From a virus (lineage: Duplodnaviria > Caudoviricetes): a stretch of DNA of 42,277 nucleotides. This document shows, piece after piece, positions 27,323 to 36,859 of the stretch. The notes under the pieces were generated by a model. It saw nothing but the letters and a program-made list of their open reading frames with translations, had not been told where the DNA came from and searched no databases. The stretch lies in the IMG/VR virus record IMGVR_UViG_3300020045_015493, positions 1-42,277 of that record; one strand, given 5' to 3'. Made by a program: the position numbers and the translations under genes. Positions within the stretch are counted from its first letter, which is position 1; each line of letters starts with the position of its first letter.

Positions 27323-28002
27323 TATTCGTTGTTTTGATTGTTATTCTTTTGCCGTTCTGCTTTTTCCATCGCTTCTGCATTATACTCCAAAAAAACAGAA
27401 CATTTTATTTTTTCAACTTCTAAAGATTTTTCCAGGTAGTTCATAATCCTAATTGCGTATCTGATTATATAAACTTTGCCGTCTTTTTTCTTATCTTCAG
27501 TTTCTTTGAGTTTCATGTTTTCATAGTCGCTCAACTTTTCACACCGATATTTAACCCATTCTTTGAATTTTGAAATATCTCTCAGGTTGTTAATTTCAAT
27601 ACCTGAAATTTCTTTGGCTTTTTTACAGGCATAAGCTAACTGATCTGGCTTTTCTGTAATCTTTCTTAATTTCCGTCCCCGGATCATTGACTTAATCCGC
27701 AATAGTGTAGTCAACCGTCCCAACAATAGGAAAAACAACATTTCAATAGCCCGTAATTGATTGACTTCTATTTTTAATTTGACGTAATATTCCAAGTCGT
27801 CAAGTTTTATTATTTCATCTGTTTCATCCGAAATCCCATTATTGATTATAGAAAAAAACTGGTTGTTTACAAGGTTGGATATTTTTTTGATAAATAATTT
27901 TGATGGTAGAAAATTATACCACATTTTAAAATGGCTAACCCTTCCAGTCCGTTCCATTTTAGCAATGTCAATTAATTCTATCTGATCTATTGTTTTTATC
28001 AT
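27322..28002 (-). CDS. Hypothetical protein (possible tail assembly chaperone)
   Basis: Directly upstream of the tape measure. Confidence 0.55.
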   Translation of the reverse strand: MIKTIDQIELIDIAKMERTGRVSHFKMWYNFLPSKLFIKKISNLVNNQFFSIINNGISDETDEIIKLDDLEYYVKLKIEVNQLRAIEMLFFLLLGRLTTLLRIKSMIRGRKLRKITEKPDQLAYACKKAKEISGIEINNLRDISKFKEWVKYRCEKLSDYENMKLKETEDKKKDGKVYIIRYAIRIMNYLEKSLEVEKIKCSVFLEYNAEAMEKAERQKNNNQNNE

Positions 28003-28063
28003 TTTTAAATATTAAATTTGATTTGTGTAAAGAATTTTCATATTTGATTGATTTTGGTTTTTT

Positions 28064-28092
28064 AACCGGGAGTAAAGACTCCCGGTTTTTTT
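28064..28092 (+). terminator. Perfect hairpin with a U-tract on the + strand (antisense to the late operon)
   Basis: AACCGGGAGT-AAAG-ACTCCCGGTT followed by a T run. Confidence 0.55.
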
Positions 28093-28522
28093 ATGTTAAT
28101 CCAACATTTGATTTTAAACTTGCCCCGATTGCATGGTTTGTTATCGAATAGGCTTTGATTTTATTTGACGGCGCTATCCCAAATAAAGGATTTACACGTG
28201 AATATTTTTTTACAAGTTTTTCGTTTTTCCAATCAGTTGAATGAATATCATATTTATCTTTTGTTGCGCTGAAAACAAATTTATTTTGAAACGACCCAGT
28301 ATCATATAAATTCGGATAAGTTAATCCTTTTATTGATTTCCATTTACTTGAGTATTCAGGTAAAATTGGATTATCATTTGAGGCAACTTGCCTTTTCTTC
28401 ATTTGCTCCCGCTGTAAATCCAATAGCATCCAATCAACTGTTATTAAAGCATTATCAATATTTGAGTCCATGTTGCGAACCCAATTATTTAACGATTCTG
28501 ATATTTTTCTGATATTACTCAT
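28091..28522 (-). CDS. Putative neck or tail-completion protein
   Basis: Probable start 28522 (MSNIRK); NLYDTGSF motif; morphogenesis position. Confidence 0.55.
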   Translation of the reverse strand: MSNIRKISESLNNWVRNMDSNIDNALITVDWMLLDLQREQMKKRQVASNDNPILPEYSSKWKSIKGLTYPNLYDTGSFQNKFVFSATKDKYDIHSTDWKNEKLVKKYSRVNPLFGIAPSNKIKAYSITNHAIGASLKSNVGLT

Positions 28523-28526
28523 AGTT

Positions 28527-28556
28527 AAAAAAAAAGGGGCAATTAACACCCCCTTT
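28527..28556 (-). terminator. Intrinsic terminator
   Basis: Minus strand AAAGGGGGTGTTAATTGCCCCTTTTTTTTT. Confidence 0.7.
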
Positions 28557-28559
28557 ATT

Positions 28560-28739
28560 TTAATCCGGTGTTTCTTCACCTTTTGATTTTACCGATTTTG
28601 GCAATTTGCCCCCCAATTTTTCATACACGTATTCCGCAGTTTCGGGGTTGCCGACCATTGCTTTGGAATACCAATTTTTAAAGGTTTTCCAATCCCACTG
28701 CCCGAACTCGTCGGGTATAGACATGAATCCAATTACCAT
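28560..28739 (-). CDS. 59-aa hypothetical protein
   Basis: MVIGFMSIPDEFGQWDW...; TAATG-coupled to the tail gene; below the ORF-track cutoff. Confidence 0.6.
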   Translation of the reverse strand: MVIGFMSIPDEFGQWDWKTFKNWYSKAMVGNPETAEYVYEKLGGKLPKSVKSKGEETPD

Positions 28740-29653
28740 TAGGCTGCATATTTATGAATCACTAATGGATTCGATAAATGAGTAATTACTCCAGCGGTAA
28801 TCTTGTAAGCACGTATTGTTACGTCTCCTGTAATATCAGCGGCAGCCGCTAAAATTGCCAATGTGTACTGACCAATTGCAGCATTTGCAAATGAGTTAAC
28901 AGCAAGCGTAACCCCGGCATCATTTACAGCGGCAATATTCCATTCTGATGTGGTTGTTAAATCGGCATAAACCGAAGTATCATTCCTAAGATTTGCCTGA
29001 ATAACTACTAACCCGGTTGTTTGAGTAATCGGAGTCAAAACTTTTATGTCAATTCCAATAGGATTTAAGTCCCTTACAAGCTGGATGTAACTGAAATCCG
29101 TACGAATTAATTCCACATTCTGTACTTCCCATTCCGTAATGTCGTCAAAGTAAATATCAAATTCATACGATTTGATACGGTCGGCACCGACTTTTGGCAT
29201 CGGGGTGACGAGTTCAAAATGGCCGCTAAACGGCGTATAATTGGTATTGCTGGCATTCGTGCCAAACAATCCTTTTTTTGCATCGAATAATGCAAACTTT
29301 TTATTTACCCCTTGAGCGGCGGCATAACCCTGATAATCATTCCATGTCATTTTAGCGTAGAATTTTAACATCGGCAAAGAAATGCCTGTCTTTACATCCC
29401 AGCCAAGGTTTGACTTTGTAATTTCATTCTCCCCCCCTGAAGGCTCAACTCCATTACGCCCGTCAAGTACTGCTCCTTTAATTGCGCCAATAGTGGCAGG
29501 TGATATGTTCGTCCGCCAACCTACTAAGGTTTTAACGGCGGCTTTGGTCATCACGGTGAAATCGGTGTCCAGCATCGCAACGCCAACAATCGGGTCCATG
29601 AGTGCGAAATTCGTACCTTGCCCCGGATAAAAAAATGGTGTTCCTTGTTCCAT
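28739..29653 (-). CDS. Putative major tail tube protein
   Basis: 304 aa, beta-rich, follows the head-tail genes and is followed by a terminator. Confidence 0.6.
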   Translation of the reverse strand: MEQGTPFFYPGQGTNFALMDPIVGVAMLDTDFTVMTKAAVKTLVGWRTNISPATIGAIKGAVLDGRNGVEPSGGENEITKSNLGWDVKTGISLPMLKFYAKMTWNDYQGYAAAQGVNKKFALFDAKKGLFGTNASNTNYTPFSGHFELVTPMPKVGADRIKSYEFDIYFDDITEWEVQNVELIRTDFSYIQLVRDLNPIGIDIKVLTPITQTTGLVVIQANLRNDTSVYADLTTTSEWNIAAVNDAGVTLAVNSFANAAIGQYTLAILAAAADITGDVTIRAYKITAGVITHLSNPLVIHKYAA

Positions 29654-29656
29654 TAT

Positions 29657-30175
29657 TTAATGTTCTTTAATTATTAATTTTTCAAAATTTACTTCTATTC
29701 CCGTAAGCGTATCAAACATTTTATTCTGGTAATTTTCGCCCCAGTGAGGATGTTCGTTAATGCGTTTTGGAAAATCTATAAAAGCCTCAATATTTGGATG
29801 GCAAAACATTTCATCAAGTATTTCATCCAATATCGGTATCAATGTTGGTTTTATGTAAGTTTCCCGGCAATATTCTGAACTATTATCTAATTCGCAACGG
29901 GTTAATAAAAAAACCCGTGGATTTAACTCGTAAATGTCGCCAACAATCCAATGTTCATTATCTTCACCTGCATCCCAGACTAACCAAACTAAAGGATATT
30001 TTATATTTTGGTTATTATCGTCGATTAACGAACTTGATACCAATTCTGCATAGCTTCCACATTTGAATATAGGAAAAACCCCGCCTGTTTCGCCGACAAT
30101 CGGATCAATAGTCAATCTAACATTGTCGATTACTTCTTTAAAAATATCAGGGAAGTGCCTATATTCTTTGCTCAT
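29657..30175 (-). CDS. Putative tail terminator or head-tail joining protein
   Basis: Size, position and YPLVWLV motif. Confidence 0.5.
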   Translation of the reverse strand: MSKEYRHFPDIFKEVIDNVRLTIDPIVGETGGVFPIFKCGSYAELVSSSLIDDNNQNIKYPLVWLVWDAGEDNEHWIVGDIYELNPRVFLLTRCELDNSSEYCRETYIKPTLIPILDEILDEMFCHPNIEAFIDFPKRINEHPHWGENYQNKMFDTLTGIEVNFEKLIIKEH

Positions 30176-30783
30176 ATTCCAAGTTTATTGATGTTTCCAA
30201 GTTTCGTAAAAACCCAATTTGAATAATCTGACTTATTTGCATACATAAAATTGAAAAGGCTTGGATTGTCGTTTAATATAATAAAATTTTCCGGCTTTTG
30301 AGCCACAAACCTATTTTGTGATCCAGTTAAATCGGCATCTCCATATAAATCGAACAACCTATTCCAGGCACTAATCATTTTATCTTCTGGCGCAACTCTC
30401 TCACCGCTTTCTGATTTTAAAACTATCGCACCAACGTTAGATAAATGGGTTGCTTCTCTTCCAATGATTTTGTAAAACACATAGTAAGCAATTAATGACT
30501 GCTTTTGTGTGTTCTTTAATCCTTCCCATTTTAGCGTTATCGTTTCGCCAGTTATGCTTTCATGTTCAAATTCAGACCCGTTAACCAAATCTTTATATTT
30601 TTGTGTGGCCGGAACAAAATTATCACAATCAGAAATCAACAACGAATACAATTTATAACCCAGTGCCGAAATCAAAATTTCTTTTTCATACTGAGTTATC
30701 GCCGACGTTAACATCGATGCATTGTCCGTTAAATTCGGATAAGCAATTTCGCCATGAAGATATGTACTGTCAATGAAAGACAT
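30172..30783 (-). CDS. Putative head-tail adaptor
   Basis: Size and position; LGYKLY and SLIAYYVFY motifs. Confidence 0.55.
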   Translation of the reverse strand: MSFIDSTYLHGEIAYPNLTDNASMLTSAITQYEKEILISALGYKLYSLLISDCDNFVPATQKYKDLVNGSEFEHESITGETITLKWEGLKNTQKQSLIAYYVFYKIIGREATHLSNVGAIVLKSESGERVAPEDKMISAWNRLFDLYGDADLTGSQNRFVAQKPENFIILNDNPSLFNFMYANKSDYSNWVFTKLGNINKLGI

Positions 30784-30785
30784 TT

Positions 30786-30947
30786 TTATCCTTTACTTTG
30801 TTTACTTTCCTTTTTTTCTTCAACATTAGCAGCCATGCCATTAGTAGCTACGCCTTTTTTAATCAAAAGCAAAGCATAGGCATCGGTGACATTAGGAGTG
30901 TCGCCCACTTTCAATTTTTTGTATTCCTTTACAATTTTTATTTGCAT
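30786..30947 (-). CDS. 53-aa protein with an L9-N-terminal-like fold pattern
   Basis: MQIKIVKEYKKLKVGDTPNVTDAYALLLIKKGVA...; fills the gap in the head operon; below the ORF-track cutoff. Confidence 0.6.
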   Translation of the reverse strand: MQIKIVKEYKKLKVGDTPNVTDAYALLLIKKGVATNGMAANVEEKKESKQSKG

Positions 30948-30965
30948 GACATTAATTTTTTCGTG

Positions 30966-31640
30966 TTAATTTGCTTCCTGAAAATACCATTCAATATCTT
31001 TTAGCTCAATGCCTTCGCCAACTGAATCATCACCTTGTCTGATAATTTCGACCTGTATTTGCCTCCAGCTTGGTTTTATAGAAACCGTTGGTGTCGCTGT
31101 TGCTGCTGCCTCGGTAATGGTTTGCGCCCCCTCTGTGAATGTAATCACAGGGAATGTAGTAGTACTATCAGCATTTAATGTACTGGTAAAGATAGTGCTG
31201 GCAAGTGTGTGAGATGGATGACTAAGGGTGTGACTTGCCGTTACTAAAGTATAATCGGCATCTGTTATGCTTTCTATAACTGTATTAATTTCCGCACTTA
31301 TAGCGGCTGTAGTAACTGTTTCAATCAAAGTCCATGATTCATCATCAAACATTCGCCCGTTGATATTGATTGTACAAGTTGTGTCAACTCCTGCAATGGA
31401 ATCAAGTCCAACTTTGATGTAATAATTCATGGGGACAGCTTTATTTAAGGTTATATTGTAAAGTAAAGTATCCTGATTCGCAGTCATTGAATCAGCCGCA
31501 ACCCCGATATATGACCATGTTACTGAATTAGATCTTAATGGATCAGCAGAAAGAACCTTATTAGGCTGAATTGTCCTTGTTTGTGCGTTAATTGCCAATG
31601 ATACAAAGGCAAGCAACAAAAAAAACATTAACTTTTTCAT
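30966..31640 (-). CDS. Signal-peptide protein immediately after the capsid gene (possible head decoration)
   Basis: MKKLMFFLLLAFVSLAINA|Q; Thr-rich and beta-rich. Confidence 0.65.
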   Translation of the reverse strand: MKKLMFFLLLAFVSLAINAQTRTIQPNKVLSADPLRSNSVTWSYIGVAADSMTANQDTLLYNITLNKAVPMNYYIKVGLDSIAGVDTTCTININGRMFDDESWTLIETVTTAAISAEINTVIESITDADYTLVTASHTLSHPSHTLASTIFTSTLNADSTTTFPVITFTEGAQTITEAAATATPTVSIKPSWRQIQVEIIRQGDDSVGEGIELKDIEWYFQEAN

Positions 31641-31643
31641 GGT

Positions 31644-32894
31644 TTATGAAATTATATTTGTAGTTAACTCGTCAATAACACCTGCAATTGAATCGTAAAT
31701 TGTGGTCACAACGTCCGTTCCACGAATAACAATTCCTTCATTAAGGTATTCGGCCAGGATCGCAATTTGGTTCTTTTTGAAGTTGTCGCCGGAAACCCCA
31801 CGCCCATTAAGTTCATCCGATCCAATCCACATTCCATCATTGTAAAACCGAACACTTAAGTCGCCAACCCATGCGAAAATATCGTCATCGGTATAGGTAG
31901 CTGTTGCAATGAAATTTTCAATTGCTAAATCAGGATAAGACACCTTCGCGAGCTTGTTTTCGTTCTTGTCTTTAAGTAAATTGAACTCTTTTTGCTTTTC
32001 GCTCGAAATGCAAACATGGATTGTTTTCCCATTTGCATAAGGTTTCAATTGCCAGTATGCAACTTCAATGACATCGGTAATAGTAGGAACACCATTATTT
32101 ACAGTTGCTGTGGTTGCAATAGGATTATTTGCAGCTTTCAAGACAGCGGCAACCTGCAAAGCAATCTTGTCCTGAAGGTCCCCCTGCAAGTCATCTTCGT
32201 ACAGACTTTGGACCCCGTTTATTGCTTTCAAAAGTTGAACTGGGACGGTTACTCCCTGGGCGAGTGTCTCTGTAGCAAGAGTTGACGGGGCAGTCGTGTT
32301 TGTTTTAAATGGTTTGTCAGCTCCAATAGCAACAATGGCGGCAATATTTGCGCCCCTGGTGCCTTCTGTCCAAAGAATTTGGTTTGTTCCCTCAGCCATC
32401 ACAATTTCTTTAAGCCCGGCTAAAAAACCATTTTGCCTCAACTTCTGATCAAATGAAAATTCATCTTCAATTGTTTTGGTAAAATTTGCGTTATTGGCAT
32501 TAAAAACTTTGAGCTTGCCGCCGTTTTTAATCAGGGCATCCATGTTCATGTTTTTAACCTTTTTAGTTCCGCTGCCAAGTTTTTTTTGCTCGGAATCGAA
32601 AAGCTTCATCGCTGCGTTGACTGCAACGAATTTAGCTTCTGTGAGTTTGTCAATCACGGCAGTTTTCACTGCTGAATTTTTAACTTTTTCTGTCAAGTCG
32701 GTCATCCTCTGTAAAAGAGAATTAGTAACTTCAACATTGTTTGTGGGCGGTTGGCCTTCCCCTCCACCATCAAGCGCACCGATAGCCTCTTTCAGACTGT
32801 CGATTTCAGATTGCATTTCGGGAGTAATTTCACCCCCATCAGGCGTCAAAGCAGTAAGCAGCAACGCCAAAAAATTCAAAAGAATTTCTTTCAT
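31644..32894 (-). CDS. Major capsid protein (HK97-like, with N-terminal scaffold region)
   Basis: 416 aa directly after the portal and protease; helical N-terminus. Confidence 0.75.
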   Translation of the reverse strand: MKEILLNFLALLLTALTPDGGEITPEMQSEIDSLKEAIGALDGGGEGQPPTNNVEVTNSLLQRMTDLTEKVKNSAVKTAVIDKLTEAKFVAVNAAMKLFDSEQKKLGSGTKKVKNMNMDALIKNGGKLKVFNANNANFTKTIEDEFSFDQKLRQNGFLAGLKEIVMAEGTNQILWTEGTRGANIAAIVAIGADKPFKTNTTAPSTLATETLAQGVTVPVQLLKAINGVQSLYEDDLQGDLQDKIALQVAAVLKAANNPIATTATVNNGVPTITDVIEVAYWQLKPYANGKTIHVCISSEKQKEFNLLKDKNENKLAKVSYPDLAIENFIATATYTDDDIFAWVGDLSVRFYNDGMWIGSDELNGRGVSGDNFKKNQIAILAEYLNEGIVIRGTDVVTTIYDSIAGVIDELTTNIIS

Positions 32895-33523
32895 TTTAAC
32901 GAATTTTTAAAGTTAATATACCTGTTGAATGCGTTATTGCTTAACGCCTTTTTTCTTTCAATATAATTGTTCATAACTGAAATTTGCTTTGTTTGTGCCT
33001 TGTTAAAAATTGCACTTTGTCCTACCAAATTAAAACCAAGTTGAGTGACGGCATCACTGGATGACATCCACCATTCTGTTTTAATTGCTTCTGCCATTTC
33101 TTCAATCGGTTTTCCGGTTCTGACTGAAAGGTTTTTTAAAATATTTTCGTTTTCAATTTGATCCAACCATTCGGCATTCTTTCTTTGATCGGTTGCATTT
33201 CCTGAAATTTGGTTTTCAGGTTTATGATACATAACCATTGCACCGTTGTAAATATTTACCTCATCGGTTTCGGAAAATAGCATAGTCGCTGCACTTGCGC
33301 ACACTCCAAAAATGTTAAACGTTTTCTTTGCCGGACTAGATGCGATTAAGCTCCGCATTGCAACGGCTGCGAAAACTTCACCCCCGTAACAGTTTATATT
33401 TATTTCGAGTTCATCATTTTTTGAAAGTCCGCTAATCGAATCACTCACCATTGCCGGGGTCACGTCTGTGATTTCGGTTGCAGTTGAAACAATGTCTCCA
33501 AATATATTGAGTACTTTTTTCAT
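32891..33523 (-). CDS. ClpP-like (S14) prohead protease
   Basis: ININCYGGEV, CASAA (Ser), MYHKP (His), EWWMSSSDAV..GF. Confidence 0.9.
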   Translation of the reverse strand: MKKVLNIFGDIVSTATEITDVTPAMVSDSISGLSKNDELEININCYGGEVFAAVAMRSLIASSPAKKTFNIFGVCASAATMLFSETDEVNIYNGAMVMYHKPENQISGNATDQRKNAEWLDQIENENILKNLSVRTGKPIEEMAEAIKTEWWMSSSDAVTQLGFNLVGQSAIFNKAQTKQISVMNNYIERKKALSNNAFNRYINFKNSLK

Positions 33524-34444
33524 TTAGATAATTCCCTTTCCTTGTTCCGCAATCGTTTTATAAGTAATGTCTAATCCAATTTCATTTTTAACAAAATTAC
33601 AAAAGTATTCCAAATACTTTGAATGATTTTCATAAAGAATTTTATTTGCCTCTTCATAGTTTGCGTATGTTAATTCAGTTCCTGAAACCAACATCCTGGG
33701 GACTCCTAATTTTGAACACACAAATTCTTCACATATTTTTTTAGCGTCTAAAATTCCCATCTTGGTTGAATCAAACATCATTGTTTTAATGTCAACCTCC
33801 CGGCGCAAAATCAGCATATTGTTTTGACCGCCATTAACCCCGTGATTTTCCGACAGATCTTTTTCTATTGCCCGAATATCTTCATCAGTGAGTTGCAACA
33901 TAGCTGGCATCGCACTTGGAGTTTTTGGCGAAATTACATTCACATAGCCAGATTTTGACATTCCATTTTTCTGGCAACTCAAAGCGATGTTGTAAAGTCG
34001 TTGGTATGGTTCGCACTTTTGATAGATAGTTTTTTCTCCGCAAAAAGCGTTCGGCTCTTCAAAACAGAATACCTCGACATTTGGGTAGCCATGTATCGAA
34101 ATCCGTTGATCTGATTTCGTATAATTTTTAGCGGAGACATAAAATATTTTGTCATCAATTTTTGCAAAAACAGAATATCCGAGAGAACAATAGTCGTTAA
34201 AAATAGATGTCGAATACTTCCACAACATCCGAATAAATTGTAATGTAGCAAAATTATTATAATTTACTGATGTCCAGTTTGTTCCGTTTAATAAATCAGT
34301 CCGATAATCTTTCACCTGAGAATAGAGGTTAAACTCATCAATTTCAAAACCAAGCCCAAAAGCAGAACCAATGATATTACCTGATTTACCCAAATAATAT
34401 TGGCTCGGTGTTTTTTTATTGCTTCCAAAATTGAATATTCCCAT
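33524..34444 (-). CDS. Portal protein (short, 306 aa)
   Basis: Between TerL and the protease; VCSKLGVP..L......TYANYEEA portal motif. Confidence 0.75.
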   Translation of the reverse strand: MGIFNFGSNKKTPSQYYLGKSGNIIGSAFGLGFEIDEFNLYSQVKDYRTDLLNGTNWTSVNYNNFATLQFIRMLWKYSTSIFNDYCSLGYSVFAKIDDKIFYVSAKNYTKSDQRISIHGYPNVEVFCFEEPNAFCGEKTIYQKCEPYQRLYNIALSCQKNGMSKSGYVNVISPKTPSAMPAMLQLTDEDIRAIEKDLSENHGVNGGQNNMLILRREVDIKTMMFDSTKMGILDAKKICEEFVCSKLGVPRMLVSGTELTYANYEEANKILYENHSKYLEYFCNFVKNEIGLDITYKTIAEQGKGII

Positions 34445-34454
34445 GCCTTCAAAA

Positions 34455-35678
34455 TTAGAATAAAATTTTCAATTCACCAAATACTAAAATGTAAGCCATA
34501 ATTGCATTATTAAGGCAGTCGATGTTATCATCGTTTATTTCTTCCGTTTTCCTTTTGCCGTCGCTATCCTTCGCATCTGGGTGCCGGAAAATGTAAATTT
34601 GCTTTACAAAGTTTCGATTGTTTTCATTATCGACAAAAAATGTTTTGCCAGTCATTACATCGAAATTCGACATTATCCGCTCAAATTTATCCTTTCGGCT
34701 GTACCATGCATCAACCGAGATTTTTGACAATAAACAATCATTAAAAAATTTCTGGCCATATTCACCATTGACCTCAATAAATGTCCTTTCGACTGGATAA
34801 TCGCTCTGCCATTTTTTTATTTGTTCGGCAATCAAAACCTTTTCAATCCGGTTGCATGAAAATGAATCGATTAAATAAAGGTTGCCATCTTCGCCAATTG
34901 CCGTTAAAGTCAATGCGAAAAAGTCCCCCCCTTTAGCATTTGATGGGTCAGCAAAAATCATAAAATGGCGCAACCTTTCACCTGCCTTTGTGCAAAAATG
35001 GATGTTATCTGTTGTAAAAATATCGCCTGTTATTTCAGCAAATATACCTTCACACAATACCTGCCAACGCCAATAATCATAACTTCCAACCTCTGATTTT
35101 TGTCCTGCCTCCGTCCACTTTAAAAAAAGTTCAATTTGTGGCTGGCTTAAAAATGGATTATCCCTCCATGTTGTTTTTAAGAAATTTTTATCCGTTATAA
35201 AATCGCTGATCCAAAATTCCCGATACGGGTTGTAATCAAAAAATATTTGTTCTCGATTATTGATCATTAATTTTTCAATTACATCCTTATCCCACGAATT
35301 TACTTCATTGACAAATCTAATATCTGAAGCTCCAATTGAGTTAACTATTTTATTCGCGTGTACGTTATTTATAATATTGATAAAATCGAGTTCATTATAA
35401 CCATATCGAAACGTTTTCTGGGTTGCATTTTGTTTTGTTTGATTTAAAATAGGGTTAAATAAATTCTGGAAGTCTGACATTAAACCAAAATTTTGCTGTT
35501 TCGGAGATTCCGAGAAACATTGAAATCTTTTACCATTTGCCGAAAAAAAATCAATACCAATATTTTGAAGGATTGAATAAGTTTTCCCAGATCTCTTTGA
35601 TCCTTGTAAAATTACAACTGGTTCGTTTTTTGTTTGCTGAAAAAAGTCATCATATTTGGCAATAAATTTTAACCTCAT
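34455..35678 (-). CDS. terL: Terminase large subunit
   Basis: LQGSKRSGKT Walker A, FVNE Walker B, DYNP, TTWRDNPFL; nuclease motifs DPS and DDNID. Confidence 0.9.
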   Translation of the reverse strand: MRLKFIAKYDDFFQQTKNEPVVILQGSKRSGKTYSILQNIGIDFFSANGKRFQCFSESPKQQNFGLMSDFQNLFNPILNQTKQNATQKTFRYGYNELDFINIINNVHANKIVNSIGASDIRFVNEVNSWDKDVIEKLMINNREQIFFDYNPYREFWISDFITDKNFLKTTWRDNPFLSQPQIELFLKWTEAGQKSEVGSYDYWRWQVLCEGIFAEITGDIFTTDNIHFCTKAGERLRHFMIFADPSNAKGGDFFALTLTAIGEDGNLYLIDSFSCNRIEKVLIAEQIKKWQSDYPVERTFIEVNGEYGQKFFNDCLLSKISVDAWYSRKDKFERIMSNFDVMTGKTFFVDNENNRNFVKQIYIFRHPDAKDSDGKRKTEEINDDNIDCLNNAIMAYILVFGELKILF

Positions 35679-35977
35679 ACCCTTTCGATTTCTATCCTGT
35701 TATCGCCGCCGTCATTATCTATGTCTTTTAGCAAGTCGAGTACCTTTGATTGCACCCCGGAATTTTTGCCTTTGCTTCCTTCGATAATCATATCATAATA
35801 ATATCGCTTAAAATTTTGGATGGATTCAGAAATTGCCTGATTTAATTTATCATTTACTTTTCTTTCCCTTTCCAGCCATGTAAAAGTGACATTTAATTCG
35901 TGTGCTATTCTCGAATAAGAATAGCCATCCGCCCCCATCTGAATAATCTTGTTTAATATTTCATCAGTAAACACCAT
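35675..35977 (-). CDS. terS: Terminase small subunit
   Basis: N-terminal HTH (YSYSRIAHELNV); overlaps the TerL start. Confidence 0.7.
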   Translation of the reverse strand: MVFTDEILNKIIQMGADGYSYSRIAHELNVTFTWLERERKVNDKLNQAISESIQNFKRYYYDMIIEGSKGKNSGVQSKVLDLLKDIDNDGGDNRIEIERV

Positions 35978-36000
35978 AAAAAAAGCCTGACATACAGGCT

Positions 36001-36118
36001 CAAAGTTAATCTTTTTAATTCATTCTTTGTTTTATAAGTTCAAATAGTCCTCATTTGTTTCATTTCATCACAAAATTAACTGTATTCTTTACAATTTTAT
36101 GTTGTTTCAAAGTTAATC
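36001..36118 (-). promoter_or_regulatory. Tandem late promoter-like boxes GATTAACTTTG
   Basis: CAAAGTTAATC at 36001-36011 and 36108-36118 contains TAACTTTG (TAnnTTTG) on the minus strand, upstream of terS. Confidence 0.6.
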
Positions 36119-36139
36119 AATTTTTGATTAACTTTCCTT

Positions 36140-36820
36140 TTACCCATTTTTTAAAATCCTCTTCAGGTTTGATTTTTGGTGTACTACCGTAATTTTTTCA
36201 AGTTTTGCGATCAACTGGAGTGCTTTCTCTTTTGAAGGTTCTGGTAGGTGGTGATTTTTACTGTCGTTTCCAATGTTTATTTGTGAGGGGTTGCATCTTT
36301 TAATTAAATTTACCATTTTTTCCAAATCAAAATCCATAATAGGCTCAATTGTAATATGTTTTTCAAACCCATTTATCCTCGACATCCATTTTGCCCGTTC
36401 CTGTGGTGTTGGTGTGTTGCCCATATATTCTGGATACCAACGGTTTGTCTCAATTGTCGTGCAAATAATTGAATCTTCGGGCAATAAATCAATAAATTTA
36501 CACAACCTTTCAGGGTTTTTAGTTTGAAAGAAATATTTATTCGATGGATATTTATTGCAATGGCTTAAAATATCACGGATAATGCCATTAATGATATTTT
36601 CTTCAAACAAATCATTTTGAGCTACTACAAAAATAGTTTCTCCTGATCCAAGGTTTTTTAGTTCTTTTTCTATTAATTTTGGCCTGCCTGAATATTTTTC
36701 TACAAATGCAGGATACCGCAAAAAACTCAAAGAACTGCAATACCCACATTTGTGCCTACATTCTCCGCCAAGAGGATTCCACGGTTTTGCAAACTCATAC
36801 ATATTACCTTTTTGTTTCAT
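36140..36820 (-). CDS. Gp37/Gp68 (DUF5131) radical-SAM-like phage protein
   Basis: WNPLGGECRHKCGYC (CxxxCxxC), QTKNPER, TIEPI. Confidence 0.85.
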   Translation of the reverse strand: MKQKGNMYEFAKPWNPLGGECRHKCGYCSSLSFLRYPAFVEKYSGRPKLIEKELKNLGSGETIFVVAQNDLFEENIINGIIRDILSHCNKYPSNKYFFQTKNPERLCKFIDLLPEDSIICTTIETNRWYPEYMGNTPTPQERAKWMSRINGFEKHITIEPIMDFDLEKMVNLIKRCNPSQINIGNDSKNHHLPEPSKEKALQLIAKLEKITVVHQKSNLKRILKNG

Positions 36821-36824
36821 AATC

Positions 36825-36857
36825 CAAATTTAATCTATTTTTTTAAAAAATTACAAA
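36825..36857 (-). promoter_or_regulatory. Bacteroidota promoter TTTG-N21-TAAATTTG, probably leaderless
   Basis: CAAATTTA at 36825-36832 and CAAA at 36854-36857; -7 box ends 4 nt before the ATG. Confidence 0.55.
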
Positions 36858-36859
36858 AA

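Noticed and set aside
28080-28101. dif-like site (TTATGTTAAT resembles the XerD arm)
   Set aside because: No XerC arm; it is a stop codon next to a terminator T-tract. The AT-rich stretch at 36961-36985 also has the wrong spacer.
28523-28579. ORF-track upstream starts at 28579, 16287, 17135 and 37280
   Set aside because: They run through a terminator, a promoter or the neighbouring gene; downstream ATGs give coupled starts or clean signal peptides.
2195-36820. Alternative genetic code
   Set aside because: Long genes are intact and tightly packed under the standard code, with TAA, TAG and TGA all used as stops.
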